Below, in pieces: positions 28,723 through 38,534 of a stretch of 64,000 nucleotides of DNA (position 1 is its first letter; every line of letters starts with the position of its first letter). The notes below the pieces were generated by a model that saw nothing but the letters and a program-made list of their open reading frames with translations, did not search any database and was not told where the DNA came from. Source of the stretch: an uncultured Candidatus Rokubacteria bacterium (GTDB lineage Bacteria; Methylomirabilota; Methylomirabilia; Rokubacteriales; DASRDR01); the NCBI GenBank assembly GCA_963826115.1, contig CAWGVS010000005.1, forward strand, positions 544,001-608,000, given 5' to 3'. Position numbers and translations under genes: made by a program.

Positions 28723-29888
28723 TCTCGAAGCGCGTCCAGGGGTTCACGGAGTCCGTGATCCGGGAGATGACCCGCGTCAGCGCCCAGTACGGCGGGGTGA
28801 ACCTCGCCCAGGGGTTCCCGAACTTCCCGCCGCCCCGCGTGCTGGTGGAGGCGGCGCACAAGGCGCTCGACGGGGACTACCACCAGTACGCGATCACGTG
28901 GGGCGCCCGGAACCTCCGCGAGGCCATCGCGGCGAAGTTCGAGCGCTTCTACGGCCTGCGGGTCGACCCGGAGCGCCAGGTGACCGTGTGCTGCGGCTCG
29001 ACCGAGGCGATGCTCTCGACGCTCCTCGCCGTGCTGGACCCCGGCGACGAGATCATCATCTTCGAGCCGTTCTACGAGAACTACGGGCCCGGGGCGATCA
29101 TCTCGGGCGCGAAGCCGGTCTTCGTGCCCCTCGAGCCGCCGGACTTCTCGTTCGACCCCGACCGGCTGGCGCGCGCCTTCACCCCCCGGACCCGGGCGAT
29201 CGTCTTCAACAGCCCGAACAACCCGACGGGGAAGGTGTTCTCGCTCCGCGAGCTCGAGATCATCGCCGAGCTCTGCCAGCGTCACGACGTGATCGCGATC
29301 ACCGACGAGATCTACGAGCACATGGTCTACGACGGGCTCCGCCACATCCCGATCGCGACCCTGCCCGGCATGGCGGACCGGACGGTCACGATCTCCGGCG
29401 TCTCGAAATCCTACTCGGTGACGGGTTGGCGCATCGGCTACACCATCAGCTCGCCCGAGATCGCGGTGGGCATCCGCCGAGCGCACGACTTCGTGACGGT
29501 GGGCGCGCCGGCGCCGCTCCAGGAGGCGGCGGTCACCGCGCTCCACCTGCCCGACTCCTACTACGTGGCCCTCCGCGAGGCGTACCAGGCGCGGCGCGAC
29601 CTCCTGCGGGGGCAGCTCGACAAGGCGGGGTTCAAGACCTTCGACATCCAGGGGGCCTACTACATCCTGACCGAGTGCGCCCACTTCCTCGAGCGGTACG
29701 ACCTGCCCGACGACACCGCGTTCGCCATGTTCCTCATCAAGGAGGTCGGCGTGGCCACGGTGCCGGGGTCGTCCTTCTACGCGCACTCCGAGCTCGGGCG
29801 CACGAAGATCCGCTTCTGCTTCCCGAAGACGGACGACGTGCTCCTCGAGGCGGGCCAGCGACTGCAGCGCCTCCCGCCCGGCCGGTAG
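28719..29888 (+). CDS. Class I/II PLP aminotransferase (methionine/kynurenine aminotransferase-like)
   Basis: VNLAQGFP, NSPNNPTG, DEIYE, SKSYSVTGWRIG, IRFCF. ATGA overlap with moeB. Confidence 0.9.
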   Translation: MISKRVQGFTESVIREMTRVSAQYGGVNLAQGFPNFPPPRVLVEAAHKALDGDYHQYAITWGARNLREAIAAKFERFYGLRVDPERQVTVCCGSTEAMLSTLLAVLDPGDEIIIFEPFYENYGPGAIISGAKPVFVPLEPPDFSFDPDRLARAFTPRTRAIVFNSPNNPTGKVFSLRELEIIAELCQRHDVIAITDEIYEHMVYDGLRHIPIATLPGMADRTVTISGVSKSYSVTGWRIGYTISSPEIAVGIRRAHDFVTVGAPAPLQEAAVTALHLPDSYYVALREAYQARRDLLRGQLDKAGFKTFDIQGAYYILTECAHFLERYDLPDDTAFAMFLIKEVGVATVPGSSFYAHSELGRTKIRFCFPKTDDVLLEAGQRLQRLPPGR

Positions 29889-29900
29889 GCCCCTCCGTGC

Positions 29901-31271
29901 GTGGCCCCGCGCTCGGGCGGCGCCCTCGCGGCTCCGGGCGTGGCTGACCTCGCCGGCCTCCGCGGGGCGGCGCGCCGGATCCTCGACGCCGCCATCGCCG
30001 CCGGGGACGCCGCCCGGCTGACGCGCCGGGCGCTCTCCCGCGACGGCTCCTCGCTCCGGGTCGCGGGCCGGTCGTTCGACCTCGGTCCCATCCGCCGGGT
30101 CGTGGTCGTCGGGGCGGGAAAGGCGTCGGGGGCGATGGCCGAAGCGGTCGAGGACGTCCTCGACGGCCTGCCCGTCGAGGGTCTCGTCGCGGTCAAGGAG
30201 CGCCGGGAGCCCGGGCCGCGTCGCGTCCGGGCCGTCGAGTCGGGCCACCCGATCCCCGACGCGCGCGGTCAGGCGGCCGCGGAGGAGATCCTCCGGCTCG
30301 CCCGCGGGGCGGGGCCGGGCGACCTCGTCCTCTGCCTGATCTCCGGGGGCGGATCCGCGCTGACGCCCGCGCCGGTGGCCGGCGTCAGCCTGGGGGAGAA
30401 GCAGGCCGTGACCCGGCTCCTTCTCGAGTGCGGGGCCACCATCAACGAGCTGAACGCCGTGCGGAAGCACCTCTCACGGTTGAAGGGCGGGCAGCTCGCG
30501 CGCGCGGCGCACCCGGCTCCCGTCGTCTCCTTGCTGCTGTCCGACGTGATCGGCGACCCGCTGGACGTGATCGCCTCGGGACCCACCGCGCCGGACCCGA
30601 CGACCTTCGGGGACGCCCTCGCGATCGTGGACCGCTTCGGGCTCCGAGGTCGCCTTCCGCCGTCGGTGCGGGCGCACCTCGAGGCGGGAGCGCGGGGCGA
30701 GGTCGAGGACACGCCGAAGCCCGGGGACCCCGTGTTCGCCGGCGTCACGAACGCCGTGATCGGGAACAACGGCCTGATCGTGGAGGCGGCGGTCGCCGAG
30801 GCGCGGCGCCTCGGGCTCACCCCGTGCCTCCTGACCCGCCGTCTCCAGGGCGAGGCGCGCGAGGTCGCGCGCGTCTTCGCCGCGCTCCTCGACGAGACGG
30901 CCCGCGGCGGCCTGGCAGCGGGTCGACCGGCGTGCCTGATCGCCGGCGGCGAAACGACCGTGACGATCCGCGGGTCCGGCACGGGCGGGCGGTGCCAGGA
31001 GTTCGCCCTCGCGCTGGTGACCGAGCTCGCCGGGATGCGGGACGTCGTCGTCCTGGCGGCCGGGACCGACGGGAGCGACGGGCCGACGGACGCCGCCGGC
31101 GCCGTCGTCGATCCCGCCACGCTCGGGCGGGCGCGCGAGCGGGGGCTCGACGTCCAGCGCGCCCTTCAGGACAACGACTCCCACCCGTTCTTCGACGCGC
31201 TCGGCGACCTGGTGAGGACGGGCCCGACCGGATCCAACCTGATGGACGTGTACCTCGGGGTGGTCGGCTGA
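29901..31271 (+). CDS. Glycerate 2-kinase, MOFRL family
   Basis: GAGKAS, HPIPD, ISGGGSAL, NAVRKHLSRLKGG, IASGPT, GGETTV, GTDGSDG, TGPTGSN. Confidence 0.9.
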   Translation: MAPRSGGALAAPGVADLAGLRGAARRILDAAIAAGDAARLTRRALSRDGSSLRVAGRSFDLGPIRRVVVVGAGKASGAMAEAVEDVLDGLPVEGLVAVKERREPGPRRVRAVESGHPIPDARGQAAAEEILRLARGAGPGDLVLCLISGGGSALTPAPVAGVSLGEKQAVTRLLLECGATINELNAVRKHLSRLKGGQLARAAHPAPVVSLLLSDVIGDPLDVIASGPTAPDPTTFGDALAIVDRFGLRGRLPPSVRAHLEAGARGEVEDTPKPGDPVFAGVTNAVIGNNGLIVEAAVAEARRLGLTPCLLTRRLQGEAREVARVFAALLDETARGGLAAGRPACLIAGGETTVTIRGSGTGGRCQEFALALVTELAGMRDVVVLAAGTDGSDGPTDAAGAVVDPATLGRARERGLDVQRALQDNDSHPFFDALGDLVRTGPTGSNLMDVYLGVVG

Positions 31272-31294
31272 GCCGCGCGGCGGCGCCGGCCGGC

Positions 31295-32908
31295 TCAGGG
31301 TGCGCGGCGCCGTCGCGCGACGAGGTGGAGGACCTTTCCTCCCGGACCTGCGTCCGGACGCCGGCGCTCCACCTCCACGAACCCGGAGTCGCGCCAGAGG
31401 AGACCGGCCACCCGCTCGGCTCCTGATCCGGCGCCGATCGCGCCCAGGAACGCGTCAACGAGGGCCTGGGCGTCAAGGGCCCCGACGGCCGGATCCACGA
31501 CCAGCCTGAGGCGAGGCTGGCCGTCCGCCCCCTCGTCCTCCACGAGCTGGTAGTCGGTCGGGCCCCCGCCGAAGCGAGCGGGCAGCGTCTTTTCGAGCAC
31601 GCCGACCAGGTCCGCGTCGAACAGGCGAACACCGCCCGAGGTGAGCTTCTCGTAGCTCCGGATCGTCCTGACGTGCGTGGTCCAACCCACGCGCTCGAGG
31701 GGACAGCCGCAGCGGCGTCGTTCCAGGACGCCCTGGTCGCCGAGTGAGACGTTCAGCAGGAGGAAGGGAGCGGTGGCACAGAGCGAGGTGAACAGCAGAG
31801 CGGCCGGTGGCAGGTCGGAGTTCGTCGTCGCTCCATCGATCTGGACGATCGCGCGGAGGTCGTCGAAAACGTGGATGTCGTCGGCCTCCGCCGGCGCCAG
31901 ACACCCGTGGCCGATGGTGCCGCCCGCTTCGCTCGCTCCGTACTGCGGCACGGCCGTCACCCCGGCCCGGCGGACCGCGGCGAGACGGGTCTCGGTGACC
32001 GGCTCCCCGCTCAGCGTGAGCTGCGCGCCCTGGAGACTGATTCCCGCGGCGGCGGCGGCTTCGCTAAGACGCACCGCCGCGCTCGCGTACGTCGCGAGGT
32101 GAGGGGTGCGCCCGGCCCCGAGGACCCCCGCCAGCCAGTGGACGATCGGCGCGGGATCCGCGAGCGGCACGTGGACCGGGCGAGGCAGCGAGACGCCCGC
32201 GAGCGCGCCGCCCCAGCGTATCGCGCGCGCGCTCCACCGGTAGCGGGGGTGGAGCTCGGTCCCGGCGGGGTCCACGGGGGAGAACCAGCGAACCGGCGGC
32301 GCGCCGAAGCCCGCCAGCCAGAGGATCCGCTTCAGGGCGGCGCCGCCGGGAACGCCCCAGATCGCGTGCTCCCACGCGTGGCCTCCGCGCGCATGCAGGA
32401 CGAGGCAGTGGTTCACGGCGAGCTCTCGGATGAAGTCCAGGTTGACGTCCGCCGGGGTCGCCGCGCCGCCGCTGCCGCTGCTGCGCGCCGGCACGTGTCC
32501 GCGCGCCTTGTGGTTCTCGAGACGTCCCGGGTCCGCCGTGACGACCGTGCCGCCGCGGATCGCGGGTCGCCGCCCCTTGAACTCGTCAACCGTGAGGTAG
32601 ACCCCCGCACGCGCCAGAACGCGAAGAGCGCCCTCCACGCCGTCTCGCTCGACCAGGCCGCGGAGGTCCCCGTACTGGCAGCCGGCGGCGACAAGGAGCC
32701 GTCGATACGGGCTGAGGCCGTGCTCGTACACCTGCTCGCGTACCAGCGCGAGGAAGTCGGTCTCGCGCGTTGCCAGGCGCCGGTGCAGCGTCGCCCGGGC
32801 GACATCGAGGGTGACCGGGTGTCGGAGGAACCGGGGGAGGCGTGACAGGAACGCCGCACCGAGGCGCACGTCGGAGAGAGAGACCGCTCGGTGCCGCCGG
32901 TCCTCCAT
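31295..32908 (-). CDS. Uncharacterised adenylate-forming (PaaK/CapK-like) protein
   Basis: SSGSGG P-loop, QYGASE, NVSLGD, CGC, DYQLVE. Start MEDRRH at 32908. Confidence 0.6.
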   Translation of the reverse strand: MEDRRHRAVSLSDVRLGAAFLSRLPRFLRHPVTLDVARATLHRRLATRETDFLALVREQVYEHGLSPYRRLLVAAGCQYGDLRGLVERDGVEGALRVLARAGVYLTVDEFKGRRPAIRGGTVVTADPGRLENHKARGHVPARSSGSGGAATPADVNLDFIRELAVNHCLVLHARGGHAWEHAIWGVPGGAALKRILWLAGFGAPPVRWFSPVDPAGTELHPRYRWSARAIRWGGALAGVSLPRPVHVPLADPAPIVHWLAGVLGAGRTPHLATYASAAVRLSEAAAAAGISLQGAQLTLSGEPVTETRLAAVRRAGVTAVPQYGASEAGGTIGHGCLAPAEADDIHVFDDLRAIVQIDGATTNSDLPPAALLFTSLCATAPFLLLNVSLGDQGVLERRRCGCPLERVGWTTHVRTIRSYEKLTSGGVRLFDADLVGVLEKTLPARFGGGPTDYQLVEDEGADGQPRLRLVVDPAVGALDAQALVDAFLGAIGAGSGAERVAGLLWRDSGFVEVERRRPDAGPGGKVLHLVARRRRAP

Positions 32909-33054
32909 GTCGGAGCTCCCGGGTACGCGGATCGGAGTCCCCGCGGCTGCGGCGAGCGCGGAGCGTGCGTGTCGCAAGCCGGTTACAGCGTAACATCCTC
33001 GGCGGTGATGGCCGTCCCGGCGACCCATCACGAGCGGCGCGAAGAGGATTCCAC

Positions 33055-34092
33055 ATGAGGCGACAGAATCGACTGGCGTGGTTGGGGTGGGCCGTCGTGA
33101 TGCTTGCCTGGGCATCGGTCACTCGCGCCGAGCCGGCGAGGGACGAGGCCTTCTACCGAGGCAGGACGCTCCGCCTCCTGGTGGGCTTCTCGCCCGGGGG
33201 CGGTTTCGATGCCACGGCGCGCGTGCTCGTTCGGCACCTCGGGCGATACATTCCCGGGCAACCGGCGATCGTGGTCGAGCACATGCCGGGCGCCGGGAGT
33301 CTCATCGCCGCGAACCACCTCTATCACGCCGCCCGGCCCGACGGCCTCACCGTGGGCCAGTTCGCCGGCGGCGTGCTCCTCGGGCAGGTCCTCGGTCATC
33401 CCGGGGTCGAGTTCGACGCGCGGCGGTTCGCGTACGTCGGGGCGATCGCCCGCGAGTTCGTGGCGTGCGCTCTCGACCGCCGCAGTGGCATCACGAGCCT
33501 CGACGCTTGGGCGGCGACCAGGACGCCCGTCAAGCTGGGGGCGCAAGCCCCGGGCGCGGCGTCGCACGACGCGCCGCGCATCCTGCGCGCGGCCCTCGGC
33601 CTGCCGATCCAGGTCGTGGCGGGGTACCGGGGCACTGCGGAGATCCGGCTTGCCGTCGAGGCGGGCGAGGTCGCCGGCGCGTGCTTCAACCTGGGCTCCA
33701 TGCGCGCCATCTGGGGAGAGGCGCTGGAGACCGGGCGGGTGCGGGTCGTTCTCCAGGTCGGGCCGGGTGCCCGGCCGGACCTACCCGGAGTGCCCTCGGC
33801 GCTCGACGGCGCTCGGGGCGAAGATGGGCGGCGTCTGCTCGAGACCCTGCAGGGGATGGGCGCGGTGAGCCGAGCGTTGTCGCTGCCGCCCGGAACGCCC
33901 CCGGAGCGAATCCGGCTCCTCCGGTGGGCCCTCCAGAGAACGGTCCGTGACCCGGCCTTCCTCGCCGATGCCGAGCGCTCGAGACTGGAAGTGGATCCGG
34001 TGCCTGGCGAGGAGATCGAGCGCGTCGTCGACGACCTGTTCCGGATGGACCCCGCGATCGCCGCGAGGCTCCGGGCGGTCCTCCTCGAGTGA
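33055..34092 (+). CDS. Tripartite tricarboxylate transporter substrate-binding protein (Bug/TctC)
   Basis: Signal peptide, VGFSPGGGFD, MPGAG, PDGLT, GYRG, GEV, LPPGTP. Confidence 0.85.
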   Translation: MRRQNRLAWLGWAVVMLAWASVTRAEPARDEAFYRGRTLRLLVGFSPGGGFDATARVLVRHLGRYIPGQPAIVVEHMPGAGSLIAANHLYHAARPDGLTVGQFAGGVLLGQVLGHPGVEFDARRFAYVGAIAREFVACALDRRSGITSLDAWAATRTPVKLGAQAPGAASHDAPRILRAALGLPIQVVAGYRGTAEIRLAVEAGEVAGACFNLGSMRAIWGEALETGRVRVVLQVGPGARPDLPGVPSALDGARGEDGRRLLETLQGMGAVSRALSLPPGTPPERIRLLRWALQRTVRDPAFLADAERSRLEVDPVPGEEIERVVDDLFRMDPAIAARLRAVLLE

Positions 34093-34209
34093 CGTCGCTC
34101 GTGGCGTGCTGACGAAATGGGCGAAGCGGTCTGTTGGTCTTGTGTGGCGTGAGGTTGCGACGGTTGCCCACCTGTTATCCACCGCCGCCGCACGCAAACG
34201 GTGGATCGT

Positions 34210-34238
34210 TTGACCTCACTCCACCCTTTCGGTATCTT
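34210..34238 (+). promoter_or_regulatory. sigma70 promoter of the rlmN operon
   Basis: TTGACC-N17-TATCTT, 9 nt before the ATG. Confidence 0.55.
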
Positions 34239-34247
34239 GAAGGCGCC

Positions 34248-35270
34248 ATGTCCGCGACGAACTTGCTCGAATTGACTCCGGACGAGATCGTCGCGCTCGT
34301 CGAGGACCTCGGAGAGCCGGCGTACCGAGGTCGACAGCTCGCGACCTGGGTGTACGTGAAGGGCGTGGCGTCCCTCGCCGCGATGACGGACCTCCCGAAG
34401 GAGTTCCGCGAGCGGTTCTCTCGCGTGGCCGAGGTGTCGCCGCCCAAGATCGCGGCGCGGCAGGTCTCCCAGGACGGAAGCACCAAGCTCGACCTCCGCC
34501 TGGCCGACGGCCGGGTGGTCCAGACGGTGATCATGCCTGACGGCGACCGTCTGACGCTCTGCGTCTCGACCCAGGTCGGCTGCGGGTTCGGCTGCGCCTT
34601 CTGCCTCACCGGGACGATGGGCCTCGTCCGGAACCTCACCGCCGGGGAGATCGTGGGCCAGGTATGGGCGGCGCGGAGCACGCTCGCGCCGGGCGCCCGG
34701 CTGACCCACGTCGTCTTCATGGGCATGGGCGAGCCGCTCGCCAACTACGCGGCGACGGTCAAGGCGCTCCGCGTCCTGGTCGCGCCCCGCGGCTTCGGGT
34801 TCTCGCCCCGACGCATCACCGTGTCCACCGTGGGCCTCGTGGGGGGGCTCGAGCGGCTGGCGCGCGAGAACCTCCGGGTGAACCTGGCGGTTTCGCTGCA
34901 CGCGGTCACCGACGAGGTCCGGGGGCGCCTCATGCCCGTCAACCGGGGCTGGGGACTCGACGACCTCCTGGCGGCGTGCCGGCGGTTCCCGCTGGCCGTG
35001 CGCCAGCGGATGACATTCGAGTACACGCTGCTCGACGGCGTCAACGACTCGGCCGAGGACGCCCAGCGGCTCGTGCGCCGCCTCCGGGGTCTCCGGGCCA
35101 AGGTGAACCTGATTCCGTTCAACGAGTGGCCGGGGGCGACCTTCCGGCGACCCCCGCCCGAGCGCATCCTCGCATTCCAGCGCGCGCTTCTCGATGCCGG
35201 GCTCATCGCCACGATCCGCTGGTCCAAGGGCGAGGACGTCGGCGCCGCGTGCGGCCAGCTCGCCTCCTAG
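34248..35270 (+). CDS. rlmN: Dual-specificity RNA methyltransferase RlmN
   Basis: CVSTQVGCGFGCAFC, MGMGEP, RRITVST, NLIPFN, AACGQL. Confidence 0.95.
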   Translation: MSATNLLELTPDEIVALVEDLGEPAYRGRQLATWVYVKGVASLAAMTDLPKEFRERFSRVAEVSPPKIAARQVSQDGSTKLDLRLADGRVVQTVIMPDGDRLTLCVSTQVGCGFGCAFCLTGTMGLVRNLTAGEIVGQVWAARSTLAPGARLTHVVFMGMGEPLANYAATVKALRVLVAPRGFGFSPRRITVSTVGLVGGLERLARENLRVNLAVSLHAVTDEVRGRLMPVNRGWGLDDLLAACRRFPLAVRQRMTFEYTLLDGVNDSAEDAQRLVRRLRGLRAKVNLIPFNEWPGATFRRPPPERILAFQRALLDAGLIATIRWSKGEDVGAACGQLAS

Positions 35271-35298
35271 GGTCCTAGGGGTCAGGCCTTTGACTTCC

Positions 35299-36669
35299 GT
35301 GCAGTCGGCGCCGGCTGCCCGTGAGACGTACGGAAGCCCCGGGCTGGCTCCGGTCACCGTGGCGTTCGCGACGCTCGGGTGCAAGCTGAACCAGTACGAC
35401 ACCACGGAGGTCCAGGCGCTCCTCGAGGCCGAGGGCTTCCGGACGGTGCCCTTCGAGGACCGCGCGCAGGTGTACGTGATCAACACCTGCACCGTGACGG
35501 CCCGCGCCGACTACTCCGACCGCCAGGCGATCCGTCGCGCCGTCGCCCGGAACCCGGGGGCGGTGGTGGTCGTGACCGGGTGCTACGCGCAGACGAACCC
35601 GGAGGCGGTGGCCGCGATTCCGGGGGTGAGCCTGGTCCTCGGGACCCAGGACCGCCACGAGCTGCCGCGGCTCCTCGACCAGGCCCGCCAGCGCGTCCGT
35701 CCCCTCGTCCAGGTGAGCGACGTCTTCGCCAGGCGGACGCTTCCGGTGATCCCGGTACGGCGGTTCACGCCGGGCCACACGCGGGCCTTCGTGAAGGTCC
35801 AGGACGGCTGCCAGCACCGCTGCAGCTTCTGCATCGTCCCGTTCGCCCGGGGCGGAAGCCGGAGCCAGCCCGTGGAGGGGGTGGTCGAGCAGATCCAGGC
35901 GCTCGTCGACGCGGGCTACGCCGAGGTCGTCCTCACCGGCGTCGACCTCGGCCACTACGGCTGGGACCTCCAGCCGCGCACGAGCCTCGCCGCGCTGACG
36001 CGGCGGCTCCTGGACGTGCGCGGGCTCGTCCAGCTCCGGCTGTCCTCGGTGCTGCCCGCCTACTTCACGGACGAGCTGGCCGAGCTGGTGACGGGCGATC
36101 GCCGGATCTGCCGCCACCTCCACGTGCCGCTCCAGTCCGGTTCCGACCCGGTCTTGCGGGCGATGCGGCGGCCGTACACGACGAGGATGTACCGCGCGCT
36201 CGTCGAGCGGCTGGCGGCGGCCATCCCCGACCTCGGGCTCGGCACCGACGTGATCACCGGATTCCCGGGGGAAACGGACGGCGACTTCGAGGCGACCGAG
36301 GCGCTGCTCTCGGACCTCCCGTTCACCTATCTCCACGTCTTCTCGTACTCCGACCGCCGCGGTACCGAGGCGGCGCGCCGGACGGCGCCCCGCGTGGCGC
36401 CCGAGAGGGTCCGCCAGCGCACGACCCGGCTCAGGCGTCTCGGGGCCTCGAAGCAGCTCCACTTCCGTCGGGCGCAGATCGGCCGCGAGCTCTCCGTGCT
36501 CGTGCTCGAGCAGCGCGGGCGAGAAGGGGGACAGCTGGTGGGTCTCACCGACAACTACCTGGAGGTGGCCTTCCCGGGCCCGGACACGCTCATGCGCCGG
36601 TTCGCGCGCGTGCGGGCGACCGGTCAGGACGGGGCCAGGCTGGAGGGGGAGCTCGTCAGCGATGGCTGA
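35299..36669 (+). CDS. mtaB: tRNA t6A methylthiotransferase MtaB
   Basis: TLGCKLNQYD, INTCTVT, TGCYAQ, KVQDGCQHRCSFC, GLTDNY. Start is approximate. Confidence 0.9.
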   Translation: MQSAPAARETYGSPGLAPVTVAFATLGCKLNQYDTTEVQALLEAEGFRTVPFEDRAQVYVINTCTVTARADYSDRQAIRRAVARNPGAVVVVTGCYAQTNPEAVAAIPGVSLVLGTQDRHELPRLLDQARQRVRPLVQVSDVFARRTLPVIPVRRFTPGHTRAFVKVQDGCQHRCSFCIVPFARGGSRSQPVEGVVEQIQALVDAGYAEVVLTGVDLGHYGWDLQPRTSLAALTRRLLDVRGLVQLRLSSVLPAYFTDELAELVTGDRRICRHLHVPLQSGSDPVLRAMRRPYTTRMYRALVERLAAAIPDLGLGTDVITGFPGETDGDFEATEALLSDLPFTYLHVFSYSDRRGTEAARRTAPRVAPERVRQRTTRLRRLGASKQLHFRRAQIGRELSVLVLEQRGREGGQLVGLTDNYLEVAFPGPDTLMRRFARVRATGQDGARLEGELVSDG

Positions 36670-37633
36670 GCCGCGGATCGGCGTCATCGGGGGAAGCGGG
36701 CTCTACGAGCTGGAAGGCCTGACCGACGTCCGCTGGCACCGGGTGCGGACGCCCTACGGCGATCCGTCCGATGCCTACTGCATCGGCCGGCTCGGGGGCC
36801 GCGAGGTCGTGTTCCTGCCGCGGCACGGCCGCGGCCACCGGCTGATCCCCTCGGAGCTCCCGTTCCGCGCGAACCTCTACGGGATGAAGGCGCTCGGCGT
36901 CGAGTGGGTCATCTCGGTGAGCGCGGTCGGCAGCATGCGCGAGCGGATCGCGCCGCTCGACCTCGTCATCCCCGACCAGTTCTACGACCACACCAAGCGC
37001 CGGATCCCCTCGTTCTTCGAGGAAGGGATCGTCGCGCACATCTCGATGGCGGACCCCGTGTGCCCGGACCTTGCGGGCGCGCTCCAGGCCGCGTCCGCCG
37101 AGACCGGCGCAACGGTCCACGGGGGCGGCACGTACCTCTGCATCGAGGGCCCCCAGTTCTCCACGAAGGCCGAGTCTCGGATTTACCGCGGCTGGGGGGT
37201 CGACGTCATCGGGATGACGAACGTGCCCGAGGTGAAGCTCGCCCGCGAGGCCGAGCTCTGCTACGCGACGCTCGCGCTCGTCACGGACTACGACGTCTGG
37301 CACGAGACGGAGGCCGAGGTCACGGTCGAGGCCGTCGTGGCGAATCTCATGAAGAACGTCGCCACGGCGAAGGCCGTGCTCCGGCGCGTCATCCCCCGGC
37401 TCCACGCCCCGCGGACCTGTCCCTGTCCGGGGCTCCTCCGGAACGCGGTGATCACGTCACCGGCAGCGTTCCCGGAATCCGCGCGCCGACGCCTCGGCCT
37501 CCTGATCGGGAAGTACTTCCCGCCGGCTCCGTCCTCGCCGACCGCGCGGCCGCGGCGCCTGGCCGCCCCGCTCCGGTCCGCGCGACCGCGCCCGGCGGCG
37601 AGCCCGAAGGGGAAGGGGCCGCGGCGTGGCTGA
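36662..37633 (+). CDS. mtnP: S-methyl-5'-thioadenosine phosphorylase
   Basis: IGGSG, RHGRGH, SAVGS, EGPQFSTKAES, IGMT, TDYDVW. Confidence 0.92.
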   Translation: MAEPRIGVIGGSGLYELEGLTDVRWHRVRTPYGDPSDAYCIGRLGGREVVFLPRHGRGHRLIPSELPFRANLYGMKALGVEWVISVSAVGSMRERIAPLDLVIPDQFYDHTKRRIPSFFEEGIVAHISMADPVCPDLAGALQAASAETGATVHGGGTYLCIEGPQFSTKAESRIYRGWGVDVIGMTNVPEVKLAREAELCYATLALVTDYDVWHETEAEVTVEAVVANLMKNVATAKAVLRRVIPRLHAPRTCPCPGLLRNAVITSPAAFPESARRRLGLLIGKYFPPAPSSPTARPRRLAAPLRSARPRPAASPKGKGPRRG

Positions 37634-38534
37634 TCTCCTGGTCACGGGTACCGTTGCTCTGGACGACGTCCGTACGCCCTTCGGCCAGGTGTCCGATGCC
37701 CTCGGAGGGTCGGCGACGTTCTTCTCCTACGCGGCGTCGTTTTTTACGAGCGTGAAGCTCGCCGCCGTCATCGGGCCCGACTTCCCGAAGGAGCACCTCG
37801 AGCTCCTGGCCGCGCGCGGGGTGGACCTGGCCGGCGTCCAGGTGACGGACGGAGCGACCTTCCGCTGGAAGGGCGAGTACGGCTACGACCTGAACGAAGC
37901 GCGGACGCTCGACACGCGCCTCGGGGTGCTCGCCGACTTCAAGCCCGACCTGCCGCAGCACTACCGCCGCTGCCCCTACGCGTTCCTCGCGAACCTCGAC
38001 CCGGTGATCCAGCTCGACGTCCTCCGGAGCATGGAGCGCCCCCGGCTGGCGGCGCTCGACACCATGAACTTCTGGATCAAGGGGAAGCCGGACGAGCTCC
38101 GGAAGGTGCTGGCGGAGGTCGACGCGCTCCTGGTCAACGACACCGAGGCCCGCATGCTGGCCGGCGAGCCGAACCTCGTCAGGGCGGCGCGCGTGATCCT
38201 CGCGTGGGGGCCCCGGGTGGTCGTGGTGAAGCGGGGCGAGTACGGCGCGCTGATGGTCACGCCCGACCGCTTTTTCTTCGTGCCGGCCTACCCGCTCGAA
38301 TCGGTCTTCGACCCGACGGGGGCGGGGGACACGTTCGCGGGCGGCTTCATGGGCGTCCTGGCCGGCGAGGACGCCACGGACGAGGCGGCGCTTCGCCGTG
38401 CCATCGTGTACGGGAGCGTGATCGCGTCGTTCACCGTGGAGGACTTCTCGCTCGACCGGCTGCGGCGCCTGACGCGCGCGGACATCGACGGGCGCTACCG
38501 CGCCTTCCGGGAGATGATGCAGGTTGAGCTCTGA
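37626..38534 (+). CDS. PfkB family sugar/nucleoside kinase
   Basis: LGGSA, DTMNFWI, KRGEYG, DPTGAGDTFAGG. Confidence 0.88.
   Translation: MADLLVTGTVALDDVRTPFGQVSDALGGSATFFSYAASFFTSVKLAAVIGPDFPKEHLELLAARGVDLAGVQVTDGATFRWKGEYGYDLNEARTLDTRLGVLADFKPDLPQHYRRCPYAFLANLDPVIQLDVLRSMERPRLAALDTMNFWIKGKPDELRKVLAEVDALLVNDTEARMLAGEPNLVRAARVILAWGPRVVVVKRGEYGALMVTPDRFFFVPAYPLESVFDPTGAGDTFAGGFMGVLAGEDATDEAALRRAIVYGSVIASFTVEDFSLDRLRRLTRADIDGRYRAFREMMQVEL

Noticed and set aside
34146-34206. sigma54-like TGGCGT...TTGC and DnaA-box-like TTATCCACC
   Set aside because: The sigma54 spacing is one base short. There is only a single mismatched DnaA box, with no cluster or AT-rich unwinding region.
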